Origin: Negaprion brevirostris
Taxonomy: Eukaryota
Assembly (NCBI GenBank): GCA_030324005.1
Contig: JARDVH010000193.1
Span: 30,813,337-30,877,336, forward strand
Length of the DNA: 64,000 bases
Direction: 5' to 3'
The position numbers were made by a program, and so were the translations under genes. This document shows, in pieces, positions 37,940 through 49,835 of the stretch (position 1 is its first letter; every line of letters begins with the position of its first letter). Under the pieces are notes generated by a model. It was not told where the DNA came from, ran no database searches, and was given only the letters and a program-made list of their open reading frames with translations.

Positions 37940-38400
37940 TCTCTGTGTCCAAAAATAGGCCATATCCAATTTTTAGCCCCAATTTAGTTTTATCAACAAA
38001 CTTCTTACACGTTTCATCCAGAACCTTGTGAAAGTTTACATGGCAAACATCCATCACATTTCTCTGATTGATATATTCCATTATTTTCTTAAAGGATTCT
38101 ATCAAATGTTAGAAATGACTCACTATTGATCAATTTATGTTGGCTATTTTTTATCAACCATTGTCTCTCGAGGTGAGTGTGTTATTTGATGGGATGTCCT
38201 GAGATACATATCCACTACCAACATTAGGCTGACTGCTCTATAGTTACCTGATGCATTTCTTTCTTTCTTTTGAACAGAGGTAATCTTTCAATCTGCTGCC
38301 ATAAATTTCTTCTCCAAGGATGCTTGAAAGATTGTGATCAGAAGCTCTGTACTTCCTGTCTGGCATATATGAGCATTCCGGGATGCACACCATGAGAGCC
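37940..38400 (-). mobile_element. Old CR1 RT fragment
   Basis: IESFKKIMEYINQRNVMDVCHVNFHKVLD resembles EFFE.V...D...VDV.YMDFQKAFD. Confidence 0.65.
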
Positions 38401-39009
38401 CAGTGCATCATTTTTTCAGTATTGCTTCCTTAGTTATTGCATCTAATTACTCTGACACCTCCTTCCCTACTTTCCAATGTCATACACCTCTGAGCAAATC
38501 AAGGATAAGTGCTCATTTAAGATCTCCACCATTAATTTAGCCACTGTATGATTTCATTTTCATCTTCAACTAGAGTTAGCTCTGATCTTTACACTTTTTG
38601 TGTAATATTAATAGAACAGTGCTTATGAAAGCTGACTGGTAGGTGGCAGAGCTATGTAAGCCAGAGGGAAATTCTCAAGAAAAGTATTTATCCAACTTTT
38701 TCTGTTTTTATTCTGTAGAAAGTTGAATGGACTGAAAATAATGGTGTTGTGGGAGAGACAAGGAGAAGCCCAATTGCAGAGGCTGGAGGGTGGTTAAGGG
38801 GGCATGACATTGTTGGAGTTAACCAAAGTAATGTGGGGTGAAATCATTGGGAGTGTCTTAAAAGTAGGGATGAGAATTGAAATCTAACTTCCAGCTAACC
38901 ATCCCCACAAAGTGACCAAAACCTTGGGTTCTTCTCATCTTTAGTAATGGCTGAGTTGAAAAGCCCCTGATACTCGCCAGTTCTACTATATCCTGAACCT
39001 CATTGTTTC

Positions 39010-40140
39010 CAATGTTACAGAAGATGTTTGACATGTCTATCCTCTGTTGCTTTCTTACTTGTCTTTTATCATCTTGACGCTTTCTCTGTGACTTTCTCAG
39101 TTTCTGCCCTCATACTTCAGACTTTCTCGGTCTTCTGGCTTTATAAAACGAAAGCCTTCAAGTCCAAGAAGATGGATGTCATTTGCATGTTCATGGTGTA
39201 CTGGAAGTATGCCAAATTGATTTGGGCTTTTCCCTGGGTGTCCAGCCTTGTTACCAGATTTAAACAAGGGCCTTACATCGACTATAGAATGTTTTTTGTG
39301 ATATTACAGCAGTGTGAGCTGCCATGGACTCAGGGGAGTCTCCATCGAGGTGCACAAAACTCTCGTGTTCATGCAGCTGACCATTCACCCCCTGTTTGGT
39401 AGAAACGTCAACGTGCTCTTCTTGAAGCCCTGGTACAAGTTGGAGATGGACTTTCCATACTCTGACTCACTTCAGATAAGCTTGTTGGCAGCCAGCTGAG
39501 TGCACCTAACATCCCCTGGTAGATTCCCACCAGCCTTCCTCAGTAGCCTGGCTTCTTGCAGTCATTAGCAGCAGCATTAGCATGTGACTGAACTCTCCAG
39601 TAAGCTGGAAACGTGCAACATTCTACCTTCTTGTCATTGTTCCTGCACACAATATATGTAGAGCCAACCTCTAAGTTGGAACTTATGAAGGAGAGTTTGG
39701 GTGAGGCTGCACCTTTAGGAAAGCTTGCCTCCCCTTCCTCTAATAGCAATGCTGCTTCCACATCTTCCACAGCTGGACTGAAGGCAAGACAAGGTTCCTT
39801 AATGTGAAGCAGAGCAGATGGAGAAGCGGTTGATGAAAACAGCCGAAGTTTGTCTTGCAGATTATATAGGATAAGTGAGAAGTAAGAAGAGAAAGAGCTA
39901 AAGGTGTGAAGAATGCCTATGCAAACAGCTCCTTCACCTATATGCTTGATCATGTTTTTGTCCACTGGTGTGTTCAGATGGACTCGACCTCCTGCATTTG
40001 TGGCTTCTTCTTGCAAGTTGTGTGCAACTATGTAGTTCCCAAAAGAGAGCAAGTGTGTTAGTGACGTCCTTGTGAGATGTTGATAGAATGTTGCCTGTTG
40101 AAATACAACTAACAGGAAATGGGGGGAACCTGAAGTAAAA
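39010..40140 (-). pseudogene. Decayed long ORF with SWIM-like Zn-finger; probable DNA-transposon fossil
   Basis: 170-aa open stretch 39540-40052 with TYIVCRNNDKKVECCTFPAYWRVQSHANAAA; coding-like but frameshifted or stopped continuation to ~39010. Confidence 0.45.
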
Positions 40141-40926
40141 CACTCCAGTGTTTTATCTCTCTAAATGGTACTGAACCATCCTGAGAAATTGGGCACAGTG
40201 TGCTTGTTCAGATTACACAATGTGCATCCCAACTAACCGAATCCTGCTCTGGGTAGAGATATCCATCCCATAACAAGGGTTCTGGACAGGTGAAGGACAA
40301 AACTTTAATGAAGGCATCCCAAGACACAAAATAGAAATCAATTTTAAAAAATTGAACCATTATTATGAAGCATGATCTTTTAAAACAGTTTTATTTATTT
40401 GAATTCTTATATTAATAAATGACTGGAGCCAATGGCGGATGAGTTTTTTTCTGAATGGATTTGAACGATTGTGGGGTAGAGATTAGAAAACATTACCTAG
40501 TGGTGTGACAAGCAATCTTGATTGCTTTACTTCCAAACTTCACATCTTACATCTTCAAATAATGCAATCACTGCATCATTTTATTTTCATTTAACAATGA
40601 CATTCGCATTGAAGCTTGACATTGTAATAAGTAGTGGTACAGGTTGCAGATAGATAATAACATTTGATTATTTGTGAAAAATTAATGTTGCAGCCCGTAT
40701 AATCGTTTTAACCAACTCTGTCACTTCTATGTGGCACACCACAAGGAATGAATTTACATATGCAAAAATGTAACCTACAATATGTATTTCCTCCATTAGT
40801 GGTGCTATTGCACTTGCTTTCTTCATTTTCGGGAACTTACCAAGGCTCTTCTCTGCTTTCCAAGCTTAGTCTACAGAACACCAAATCTAAAAGTACTTTT
40901 TCTTAATTTTTAACTGTAGAAGCAAT

Positions 40927-41233
40927 TTTTTTATTCATTCATGGGAAATGGGCATCGCTGGCTGGTGAGCATTTATTGCCCATCCCTAGTTGCCCTTGAG
41001 AGCCAACCACATTATTGTGGCCGTGGAGTCATATGTAGGTCACACCAGGTTAGTATGGCAGATTTCCTTCCCTAGAGGACTTTAGTGAACCAGATAGCTT
41101 TTTCTGACAATGGGCAAAGATTTCATGGTCATTCTTAATTCCAGATTTTTTCTTATTGAATTCAAATTCTGCTGTGGCAGACTTTGTCCCCAGAACATTA
41201 ATTAAGTTTCTGGATTAATAGTTTAGCGATAAT
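40927..41233 (-). mobile_element. Family-B SINE
   Basis: Reverse complement of the 9283-9645 family (CATTTATTGCCCATCCCTAGTTGCCCTTGA). Confidence 0.8.
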
Positions 41234-41779
41234 NNNNNNNNNNNNNNNNNNNNNNNNNNNNNNNNNNNNNNNNNNNNNNNNNNNNNNNNNNNNNNNNNNN
41301 NNNNNNNNNNNNNNNNNNNNNNNNNNNNNNNNNNNNNNNNNNNNNNNNNNNNNNNNNNNNNNNNNNNNNNNNNNNNNNNNNNNNNNNNNNNNNNNNNNNN
41401 NNNNNNNNNNNNNNNNNNNNNNNNNNNNNNNNNNNNNNNNNNNNNNNNNNNNNNNNNNNNNNNNNNNNNNNNNNNNNNNNNNNNNNNNNNNNNNNNNNNN
41501 NNNNNNNNNNNNNNNNNNNNNNNNNNNNNNNNNNNNNNNNNNNNNNNNNNNNNNNNNNNNNNNNNNNNNNNNNNNNNNNNNNNNNNNNNNNNNNNNNNNN
41601 NNNNNNNNNNNNNNNNNNNNNNNNNNNNNNNNNNNNNNNNNNNNNNNNNNNNNNNNNNNNNNNNNNNNNNNNNNNNNNNNNNNNNNNNNNNNNNNNNNNN
41701 NNNNNNNNNNNNNNNNNNNNNNNNNNNNNNNNNNNNNNNNNNNNNNNNNNNNNNNNNNNNNNNNNNNNNNNNNNNNNNN

Positions 41780-42455
41780 CCTTAAATTTACTCACTGTCC
41801 CAGCATCCACCACAATTTGGGGTAGTGAATTCCACAAATTCACAACTCTTTGGGAGAAATAGTTTCTCCTCAATTCTTTTAAGTTTGCTACTCCTTTTCC
41901 TAAGACTATGGCCTCTCACAAGAGGAAGCATCCGCCCCACGTCTACCTTCTCCGTACTTTTTATCATCTTGTATACCTCTATTTGATGTCCTGAGATTCT
42001 TCTAAGTTTCAGAGCATATAGGCCTAAGCTGTTCAATCTCTCTTCATATGACAAACCCCTCATCTCTGGAATCAATTGAGTGAACCTTCTCCGAACTGCC
42101 TCCAGTGCAATACATCTTTCCTCAAAGAAGAGGACCAAATCTGTGCACAATACTCCAGGTGAGGCCTAACCAATGTCTTGTATAGCAGCAACAATACTGC
42201 CTTACATTTATATTCTATTCCTTTAGCTATAAATGCCAACATTCCATTTACTTTCTTTATTACCTGCTGTACCTACATGCTAGTTTTGTGTGATTCATTA
42301 ATGAGGACAGCCAGATCTCTCTGCACGGGGGCACCCCACAGTCTCTCCTCATTTAGATAATAAATCGCCTTCCCATTTTTCCATCCAAACTGCATGACTT
42401 CACACATATCCACATTAAACTCCCTCTGCCACATTTTGGTTCACTCTCCTAACCT
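41780..42455 (-). mobile_element. CR1 LINE fragment
   Basis: IALEAVRRRFTQLIPEMRGLSYEERLNSLGLY; RRNYFSQRVVNLWNSLPQ. Confidence 0.9.
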
Positions 42456-42833
42456 TGGGGGCATAGCCAGCCTCTAAAGTTAGAGGGAGTGAGCACATAA
42501 AAAAGGCGCCACGACACATACCAAATAATTTTAAATTCATTATACATTTTTGTTTTGTATTTAAAATCAATGCATAATAAAAACACGTGTTATCTAATTA
42601 TTTTACATTTAAAAAGTAAAATGAAAACAAAACGAAGCAATATGAAAAAGATGTGAAGCAACTACAACAACCTCTTTCATCTAGGTTTCATTCTAGCGAA
42701 GTTATCTATTACTTTATTATAATCTATCTCAGTAGCCTACTTCAGAGGAACACCCCGTTGAAAAGGTACCACTTTTAAAGAATGTGCTCAGGGGAGCGGT
42801 CGCTCCCTCGCTCCCCCTCTAGCTATGCCACTG
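42456..42833 (-). mobile_element. hAT non-autonomous element (internal deletion derivative)
   Basis: Perfect 8-bp TSD CCTAACCT (42448-42455, 42834-42841); 15-bp TIRs TGGGGGCATAGCCAG / CTAGCTATGCCACTG (11/15); minus 42662-42730 encodes EIDYNKVIDNFARMKPR, like hAT transposase C-termini. Confidence 0.9.
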
Positions 42834-43071
42834 CCTAACCTATCTTTGTTAAAGTGAAAAGAAAGGTTGGTTGTTCATCCATAGTTCGCTATCCCAGTTT
42901 AGGAAGACAGACTTTGAACTGAGTATGAATAAAACATGGTACAAAAGTAGAATTATGCGAGGAAAACTGAAGTATTGCTGAAATTGAAAGGAAAAATCTA
43001 CAGGACAGTTGTGAGACCAGCCTTGTTATATAGTTTAGAAACTTGGGGAACAGCAAGAGGAGAACAATAAT

Positions 43072-43950
43072 GGCTGGAATTCTCAAAAAAAGACTAAGTG
43101 ACCAATGGGCGAGAAAATGGGAGAATTTCCTGTCCGTTCTTTGGACGTGCTTACCTGAATGAATCTCCGGCACTCTGTGATGCACAGAGTGCCTCAGAGA
43201 GATTCACGCTGGAAAGCGGGCGCGAGTCTCGTCCAACCCGAGAGGCTGGCAGCATAGTGATGAGCAGTCTACTGCTCATGTGCCAATCTGTCCTCATCTC
43301 GCCCCCTCCCCATGCCCCCTCCCATTGCCAGCCTTCCGATCACTGGCCTCCTGTTTATCCCCGAACCCACAGCCTGATTGCTGGGTGCCCCATCCCGATT
43401 ACTGGCCTCCCGACATCACTGCCCTGATTGCGGCCTTTCCCCCCCCCACCAATCACTGGCTTACCAGACCTCTGCGAGGCAGCCCCGATCTCCCCTGGGG
43501 AGAAGGCCAGCCCCAATCCATCTCCGTCACCGCCCCCAACAAGCCCCCCCATTCCCCCACTCCCTCCATGGCCAGCCCTGATCCCCTCCTCCCCCTCTNN
43601 NNNNNNNNNNNNNNNNNNNNNNNNNNNNNNNNNNNNNNNNNNNNNNNNNNNNNNNNNNNNNNNNNNNNNNNNNNNNNNNNNNNNNNNNNNNNNNNNNNCT
43701 GATCCTATTGTAGACTGGCAGCAAATCCCCACCCCACCACCGATCACTCCTCTCAATGGGCCCTATCTGTTCTGGCTCCACCCCATTGACAATGCCCAGT
43801 GCGCAGTGCCTAGTGGTCGGTGTCAGTGAGTCTCTTGACTGGTGCCAGGGTGCGAGGCTGACAACCCCCTTGCCCCCGAGTTGATTATGTTGAAAAAAAG
43901 GGCCTTGGGGACTTGCGATCAGCCAGATGCTGATCACAAATTCTGCTATA
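43072..43950. mobile_element. GC-rich MITE-like element with internal tandem subrepeats
   Basis: Starts GGCTGGAATTCTC; repeated CCGATCACTGGCCTCC-like units; gap inside. Confidence 0.5.
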
Positions 43951-44619
43951 GGTCCCCTACCCTCCTCCCTTGTTTCCTGGTCAATGGCTGGATACTAATA
44001 AGATGTGGACGCTGAGATGCATGTGTGGAGTAATGAGGAAAGACAAAATCAGGAATCAGCATGTCAGGGGATCAGTGAAGATGGGGGCAGCATTGAAGGA
44101 AGTGAGATCAAAATAGCATGGTTATCTGTTATGGAGGGAGAGAGAGAGAGAGAGAGAAGAAATGGAGGGAGGAGGGTGATAGAGATCGGATGGCCAGGAA
44201 GATGGAGAAGAGGAAGGTCTAAGGCCAGATGTAAAGATACAGCGGTGAGAGGTTTAAACAAAGTGGAATTGGTAGAGCAATGGATAACGACACAAGTACA
44301 TAGGGAAGGGTGATCAACCAGCATTGCGGCTACCCTGAGTAAATCGGGGAAACCAATAAAAAGAAGTGCAATAATGCAAATCAAAAGACAAACTCTCAAC
44401 TTTCTGAGCTGGCTATGTGGTTAATATTCATGGACAAATTTCCCTCTTCATTCTGGTCTAATACACAGCTACAAACATGTATATGAGTGGTCTGAAAAGT
44501 CTAGTTCACCAAGGGCTGAATTTTAATTCCAGGTTTGGGATCCTGATATCAGGACAGTTTCTGGGTCTCACCTCCACTTGGCATCACTGCTGGATATCTG
44601 ACTGTATTTTAAAGAGCCA

Positions 44620-45450
44620 CCCATTTCCTTTGGCATGATACCTTCAATGAAGGCATCATGACAGCTGTCAGGAAAACTTGCATACACCGACAGGAACCAG
44701 TTGTGTTGGTTGCACACCAGCTGGGCATTGAGGGAATGCTACGACTTCCTATTGATTCATGCCACTGTTTGCTCTGCTGTGCCTTGATGGTCACATAGGT
44801 GGAGCCATTCATACCTGCCCCTAATGGAGTCCTGCCAAAGAAAAAAATCCCACATTCCTCTGAATGTGAGTAGACTTATCAATCTGGACGTCAAACTGTT
44901 CCAATGCCCTCTTATACAGGACAATCCCTCACCTGACTAATGATATGATGGGCAACCATTATGAGATGCCACACATGTCTGCTGCCAGCCCTTGAAGCAA
45001 TTCAGAGACAAAGATATTCAAAGCCACTAGAACCAGGGAGCATGGCCTCAAAATAAGGGACAGCAGATTTAGGGCTGAGTTGAGGAGGAACTTCTTTGTC
45101 TAAAGGGTTGTGAATCTGTGGCAATCCCTGCCCAGTGAAGCAGTGGACAGTACCCCACTAAATGTTTTTAAGGCAAGGATAGATAAATTTTTGAACAGTA
45201 AAGAAATTAAGGATTATGGTGAGTGGGCAGATAAGTGGAGCTAAGTCCACAAAAAGATCAACCATGGCCTTATTGAATGGTGGAGCAGGCTCGAGGGGCC
45301 AGATGGCCTACTCCTGCTCTTAATTCTTAAGTTCTTATGTAAACCACTATCTCATTCATGGCCATTGGTTACACATACCCTTGTGATTGATGAATATTTT
45401 CTTCCCTGAGAACATGCAAATCAGCAATCACCTGCCTCACAATCTCTTGT
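44620..45450 (-). pseudogene. PIF/Harbinger DDE transposase fossil (interrupted by CR1)
   Basis: Minus peptides VALNIFVSELLQGLAADMCGIS, NGSTYVTIKA and INRKS*HSLNAQLVCNQHNWFLSVYASFPDSCHDAFI match HARBI1-type IDGTH, NRKG.HSINVQ.VCD and PGS.HD motifs. Confidence 0.9.
45030..45340 (+). mobile_element. 5'-truncated CR1 3' end nested in the Harbinger transposase
   Basis: RRNFFV.RVVNLWQSLP; flanked by AAGCCACTA (45021-45029) / AAACCACTA (45341-45349). Confidence 0.9.
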
Positions 45451-45764
45451 GTCACTGAGTTTTTGATGCTATATCTCATTCCTCATTGCCCAGGGATGGC
45501 CTTACTTACCACTAGCTGGACGCGAATGATTCCCTGGATCTCACTGATGTGGTTCATTAATCCCTGAAGGTACAAGCCCTAACAATAGCCTCAGTGCCTC
45601 TATCTGAAATACCTTGTGAGCTTTGCCACTGTGTGTCAATGCACAAGTTCCCCTCTCCTTATTATACCACTTACACAGCATCAGCCTCAGAAATGGATTG
45701 CACCTCTCTGAACGGCTATGCAGTTTTCTCATTTTCTTGGACATGATGCCATTTGAGTATGTTT

Positions 45765-45900
45765 ACCAGGCTGATTCCTGGGATGGCAGGTCTGTCATAT
45801 GAGGACAGACTGAGTCAGTTAGGATTATATTCACTGAAGTTTAGAAGAGTGAGAGGACATCTTATGAAACTTATAAAATTTTAACAGGATTAAACAGGGT
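45765..45900 (+). mobile_element. CR1 fragment (gap-truncated)
   Basis: FTRLIPGMAGLSYEDRLSQLGLYSL. Confidence 0.85.
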
Positions 45901-46369
45901 NNNNNNNNNNNNNNNNNNNNNNNNNNNNNNNNNNNNNNNNNNNNNNNNNNNNNNNNNNNNNNNNNNNNNNNNNNNNNNNNNNNNNNNNNNNNNNNNNNNN
46001 ACATTGAAGATACAGAGTTGCACAATGATGGAGTCGTTCTTCACAGTGGAATGTATTTCTGAGAGCTTAAGGAATAAGCAATGGATATTTGCCTTCAATA
46101 AACATGGTTAGAGGTAGGGTGATCCCTGATGACCCATACTCTAAACCAATGAAAAAGGTTAATTTAGACTATTTCCTAATAAGAAAAGGGCAGGCAGAAT
46201 GATGGATAACGGTTGGAAACCCAGAGTCTTTGTTGGCACAATTTCACCATTGCCTCTTAGTATAATTCTTCTGAGACAACAGTCAACATAACATTATTTC
46301 AGAAACTGAAGAGGAAAGGCATTGCCTGTGCTTGCGGCATTTGAGGGATCCTAGGGGCATGACGAATAA

Positions 46370-46655
46370 GAACCTTCTCTGCCATTTGGCCATTCACACC
46401 CTTTATTCTCTCTGTGGACAGCCATTAGCAGTCTTTTCTCCTGGTTTCTGTGGCTGTGACTCATCTTTCATTCCCTTCCCCTGCGGTATTAATATCTCCC
46501 ATTTCTATGCCTTTTAGCTTTGACAAAGGATCACCTGTACTCGAAACGTCAGCTCTTTTCTCTCCTTACAGATGCTGCCAGATCTGCTGAGATTTTCCAG
46601 CATTTTTTCTTTTGGCTTCAGATTCCAGCATCCACAGTAATTTGTCTTTATCTTG
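46370..46655 (+). mobile_element. Penelope-like 3' terminus
   Basis: Pyrimidine-rich UTR then CAGATGCTGCCAGATCTGCTGAGATTTTCCAGCA...CAGATTCCAGCATCC. Confidence 0.85.
46516..46554 (+). ncRNA. Minimal type-I hammerhead ribozyme motif (U3-A8 variant, stem II imperfect)
   Basis: AGCT-TTGACAA-A-GGATC ACCT GTACTC-GAAAC-GTC-AGCT: stem I AGCT/AGCT, GAAA box, palindromic ACGT stem III, GUC cleavage triplet. Confidence 0.7.
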
Positions 46656-48063
46656 CTTAATAAATTCTACTTGATTCATGAATGCTAGTTATTCGTTCCT
46701 TGTTGGGTCAGGCACAACTGAGGAACCCATTGTTGGAAATAAATAATTTGGAACTTAGATGTTTTAAATAAAAGGATTTTCGACATCAAACCCTCAAGAC
46801 ATATATGTGGTAGTTGTAGGGCAAGGAGTGATGAATGGGGGGCACTAATTTGGCATCAGACTATAAAGGATCATTGGGATTGGGTACAAGGGCATGGATT
46901 GAAATGGAGGGCGTGAAGAATTATGGAGGGGTTGGAGTCAGGTATGAGTTGGCATGAATGGGATTTGGGGGGGTTATTGAGGACTAGAGAAACATTTTAT
47001 GTTTTATTCTTTATTTTAAAAATTGAACACAGTGCAGGCCCCGAGGCAGGCCAACCACCTAGCCTGCCTCCGCACCCAGCATCCTCCTCTTTACTTCTGG
47101 GGACTTCTAATATAGCCTGTCCCCTCCTCTTACACCAAAACTATTGGGTCCTGCAGCCTATTTGAAAAGTTGCATTCAGGGAGCCAGGAATTCTCCCAAC
47201 TCTGTGCCTCAACTTGCTGATGAAAATCTGGACCCGCAGTCTTGTGAAGAGCACAGCACAAGACTATTAGTCATATAAAGAATTAATGAGGATCATGTTT
47301 TCTGTAGTTTAGAGTAATATTAGTGTCACTAAGTAATGTTTCGTCAATGTTGCTTTTAGTTTGTTTACTACAGTAAAAGTCTTGTAACTTGAAATCCTTT
47401 ATGTGGATCACTGGGAATTCAAGTGTCTTCTTAAAAGTTATCAGCCTCTACAGGGATCATAGCAGTTTTGTCAAGTATTGTGTGCACACTTCAATAACTC
47501 TGTAGTGGATAATGAATGTTTTAAGAAAAGTTGTCATAAATTAGCACTTTGAATTGGTTTCAGCTGCACTTGCTGAAAGAGCGCTCTGTGTTTTTGGAAA
47601 CTGTAATTCTGAGCCTGTTTTATAATATTTTCTTACGATTGGGATGTCATACCCTGTTTGTTGTGTAGTTGTGCTATTTCCAGCAAAATATAGTTCATCC
47701 TATATGGGGCAGCTCACACCACTGTCTAATACACTATTCTTCTCCATGCTAAATGCTGACAAATCAAACCGATATGAACTTGAGCTACAGATTTAAATAC
47801 AGGTGCACTGTTTTTCCAATTATTTCTAGGCGTTGTTATTAACTTCTGAAAATTATTAATGCCACCCCTCTTTCCTGACACTAAAATGTTAATGATTTGA
47901 CCTAATTCTCCTAAAGTATCCAAGTTGTCTGTAGAATAGTAAATTTGGCCGTACTATAAATGGGGCAAGTTGTATTGCTCAGTCACTTGAGAGTAGCACT
48001 GTTCCTTCAGTCTCATTCACTTTATCCACTCACTTAAGTTTTCCTTTACTTATCCATGCATGG

Positions 48064-48170
48064 GGAAGCAGTGATGTAGTGGTAATTTCACTGGATTTGT
48101 AACCCAGAGACCCAGGCTACTGCTCTGGAGACATGGGTTCAAATCCCACCATGGCAATTGGTGAAATGGA
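48064..48170 (+). mobile_element. Family-B SINE head
   Basis: GATGTAGTGG A box; GGGTTCAAATCCC B box. Confidence 0.7.
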
Positions 48171-48184
48171 AATAGAAGCAGGCA

Positions 48185-48890
48185 GAAACAAAGGCAAATG
48201 GCATGCTGGCCTTCACAGCAAGAGTATAGGAATAGGGATGTTTTACAGCAATTATAGAGAGCCTTGGTGAGGCCACACCTGGAATATTGTGTGCAGTTTT
48301 GGTGGTCCCTACCTAAGGAAGGATATCCTTGCTATTGAACGAGTATGGCAAAGGTTTACTAGGTTGATTCCTGAGAAAGCAGGTCTGTCATAAGAGACTA
48401 AGTTGGTTAGGATTATATTCACNNNNNNNNNNAAAGCTGTACCAGGCTGATTCCTGGGATGGCAGGTCTGACATATGAGGAGAAACTAAGTTGGTTAGGA
48501 TTATATTCACTGGAGTTTAGAAGAGTGAGAGGGGGTCTCATAGAAACTTATAAAATTCTAACAGGGTTAGACAGGGTAGATTCAAAAAGAATTTTTCTGA
48601 TGGTGGGGCAGTCCAGATTGAGAATCAGAACTGAAGTGAGAAGAGAAATCTTCACCCAGAGAGTGGTGAATGTGTGGAATTCACTACCACAGAAAGTAGA
48701 TGAGGCCAAAACATTGTCTGATTTCAAGAAATTAGGTATAGCTCTTGGAGCTATAGAAACCAAAGGATATGGGGGAAGTGGCAGGGAGGGGTTTGTCAGG
48801 ATATTGAATTTGATGATCAGCTATGATCACAGCGAATGGCAGAACAGGCTCGAAGGGCCGAATGGCCGACTCCTGCTTCTAGTTTCTATG
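48185..48890 (+). mobile_element. CR1 LINE 3' end
   Basis: LVRPHLEYCVQFW...GLTYEEKLSWLGLYSLEFRRVRGGLIETYKILTG...FTQRVVNVWNSLPQ. Confidence 0.95.
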
Positions 48891-49835
48891 TATCACTTCA
48901 AATATGTAAAGCAGCCTGCATAGACCTTATAAGTGGCTCGCTAACTGGCTGAATTGATTGCCTGCCGCTTGCGGGCAGCTTTCCCTGACCCCTCCCTCAG
49001 GTGATGCCACCAAAATTGCCGGAAGGCAGGAATGTATTGAGAAACCAGGATGCCCGTCTCCAAACCCGTCTCTGCCTTGAGAGATACAACCATTTCAAAT
49101 TCTTCAAAGCTAAAAATGGTTCAGATTACTCACTAAGATGTATACCATTTATAAAGGATGCATGCTCTGCATTTGTAACATAAAATTCAGCTTGATTTAA
49201 TAACTTTTCTCAACCGAAAGTCAACTTTATTAACAGCAGGGGGAAATAATATTAATGGGACTTTAAAGTCTGATCAGACAGTTAAATGTAAATGATCACT
49301 CCAAGTAGGCTTTATTTTCTCAATGAGTCTTTTGACATATTGTAGGGGCTGTGACAGATAATTAATTTATTACTATTGGGTAGGAAATTGAGATTGATTC
49401 CCAGAAACGGTCGTCTATCCTATTATAAGTGAGGGAGAGAATCAACAGCATTTAAACTAATGTAACCCTGCGTACGGGTTTGTTATTGAGGTACTTAAGG
49501 CAGTGATTCTGATAACATCTTTCGTTTCATTTAGAAATTAAAACAAAGCATTGTACCACTAACTCCCCAGTAATTGCCACAAAAAGCAAGGCTCGATGGA
49601 ACAATGCAGCATTAATTCTGCACTTTACTTAATTTCACAGCAAATCAGATCAGCCGATCATTAGTTCTGGATAAGCTTCGAGAGACAATAACATGAGATA
49701 AAATTAATATGCACATAGAAAATATGGGTTAATTAAGGAGAGCCAACATTGATTTCTAGCAGACATGCACTGCCTGAAGAATTGAATCGGGCTCTTTCAG
49801 GAAATAACGGAGTGTATTAACAAAGATTTCTTGTT

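Noticed and set aside
39028-39402. Plus-strand hydrophobic 124-aa ORF
   Set aside because: Antisense shadow of the minus-strand decayed ORF; non-ATG start and no recognisable domain.
43098-43937. Overlapping Pro/Gly-rich ORFs (also 13324-14132, 55090-55616)
   Set aside because: Produced by GC-rich, stop-poor MITE subrepeats.
44138-44158. (GA)n microsatellite and short tandem duplications (3917-3942, 24995-25028, 54865-54888)
   Set aside because: Ordinary slippage products.
48350-48512. Direct duplication of CR1 sequence either side of a 10-N gap
   Set aside because: Most likely a scaffolding or mis-join artefact between CR1 copies.
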